This document shows, piece by piece, positions 7,130 through 7,474 of a stretch of 7,474 nt of DNA (the first letter of the stretch is position 1; every line of letters begins with the position of its first letter). Below the pieces are notes generated by a model, which was not told where the DNA came from, did not search any database, and saw nothing but the letters and a program-made list of their open reading frames with translations. The stretch is from contig CAVNZM010000109.1 in the NCBI GenBank assembly GCA_963693365.1, positions 1 to 7,474 of the forward strand, written 5' to 3'. The translations under genes and the position numbers were made by a program. Origin of the DNA: Amoebidium appalachense. Taxonomy: Eukaryota > Protista > Ichthyosporea.

Positions 7130-7369
7130 CTTGCTTGCTTACTTAGTTACATCTTAATTGCATTTTGTATCATCTTGTTGCTTGCTTCCATCTTGAATCG
7201 ATCTTGGCTCCATATCATCATTAATTCATCCTCCACGATTAACTGTCCATATTATACGGTTAATCCCCTACCTATGAGCTTAGTATTGAAATTCCTCACT
7301 AATCGGGGTTAAGAAAGGAAATAAGATGGCTATGAAAGACACTAAAATTTACTAGAAAATAAGGTGCAT

Positions 7370-7418
7370 GAAATCCAAGACGGCCACTCGGAAATCCAAG
7401 ACGGCCACTCGGAAATCC
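7370..7418. repeat. Perfect 21-nt tandem repeat, 2.3 copies
   Basis: GAAATCCAAGACGGCCACTCG at 7370-7390 and 7391-7411, then GAAATCC at 7412-7418. Confidence 0.95.
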
Positions 7419-7433
7419 TAAAATTACCCTACC

Positions 7434-7454
7434 CTACATGTAGATATCTACATG
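7434..7454. repeat. Overlapping perfect palindromes
   Basis: CATGTAGATATCTACATG (7437-7454) is an 18-nt perfect palindrome overlapping the 10-nt palindrome CTACATGTAG (7434-7443). Confidence 0.92.
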
Positions 7455-7474
7455 CCTAGAGTAAGAAGAAGGGA

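Noticed and set aside
5446-7312. Leu/Ser/Ile-rich + strand ORFs and the 5759..6004 minus-strand ORF
   Set aside because: Overlapping frames are open because the repeats are T/C-skewed and stop-poor; mixed unit lengths break frames on both strands, and the translations only mirror DNA repeats.
3577-7474. tRNA, rRNA or RNase P RNA in the intergenic region
   Set aside because: No cloverleaf with a T-loop GTTCRA in context and no rRNA motifs seen; a minus-strand GAGAAAAGTC near 5059-5068 lacks a matching RNase P P4 partner. A covariance-model search was not possible.

Overview
AT-rich mitochondrial-type DNA read with TGA=Trp (genetic code 4; the supplied ORF track treats TGA as stop and so fragments everything). 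Bases 74-3576 hold a complete, intact cox3 gene, join(74..496,1599..1794,3407..3576), 262 aa, split by two group I introns. Intron 1 (497-1598, IC2-like core) carries an open, exon-fused LAGLIDADG ORF whose first catalytic Asp is replaced by Asn. Intron 2 (1795-3406, IA-like core) carries a decayed double-motif LAGLIDADG gene with a C-terminal NUMOD1-like tail. The remaining ~3.9 kb has no recognisable gene. It is a mosaic of repeat families: a helically phased GGCGACA array next to alternative stem-loops, a 52/53-nt higher-order repeat, strand-skewed 24-36-nt repeats, and a 21-nt tandem repeat beside a nested palindrome, together resembling a control or origin region. The source is probably a fungus; the lineage cannot be fixed from this window.
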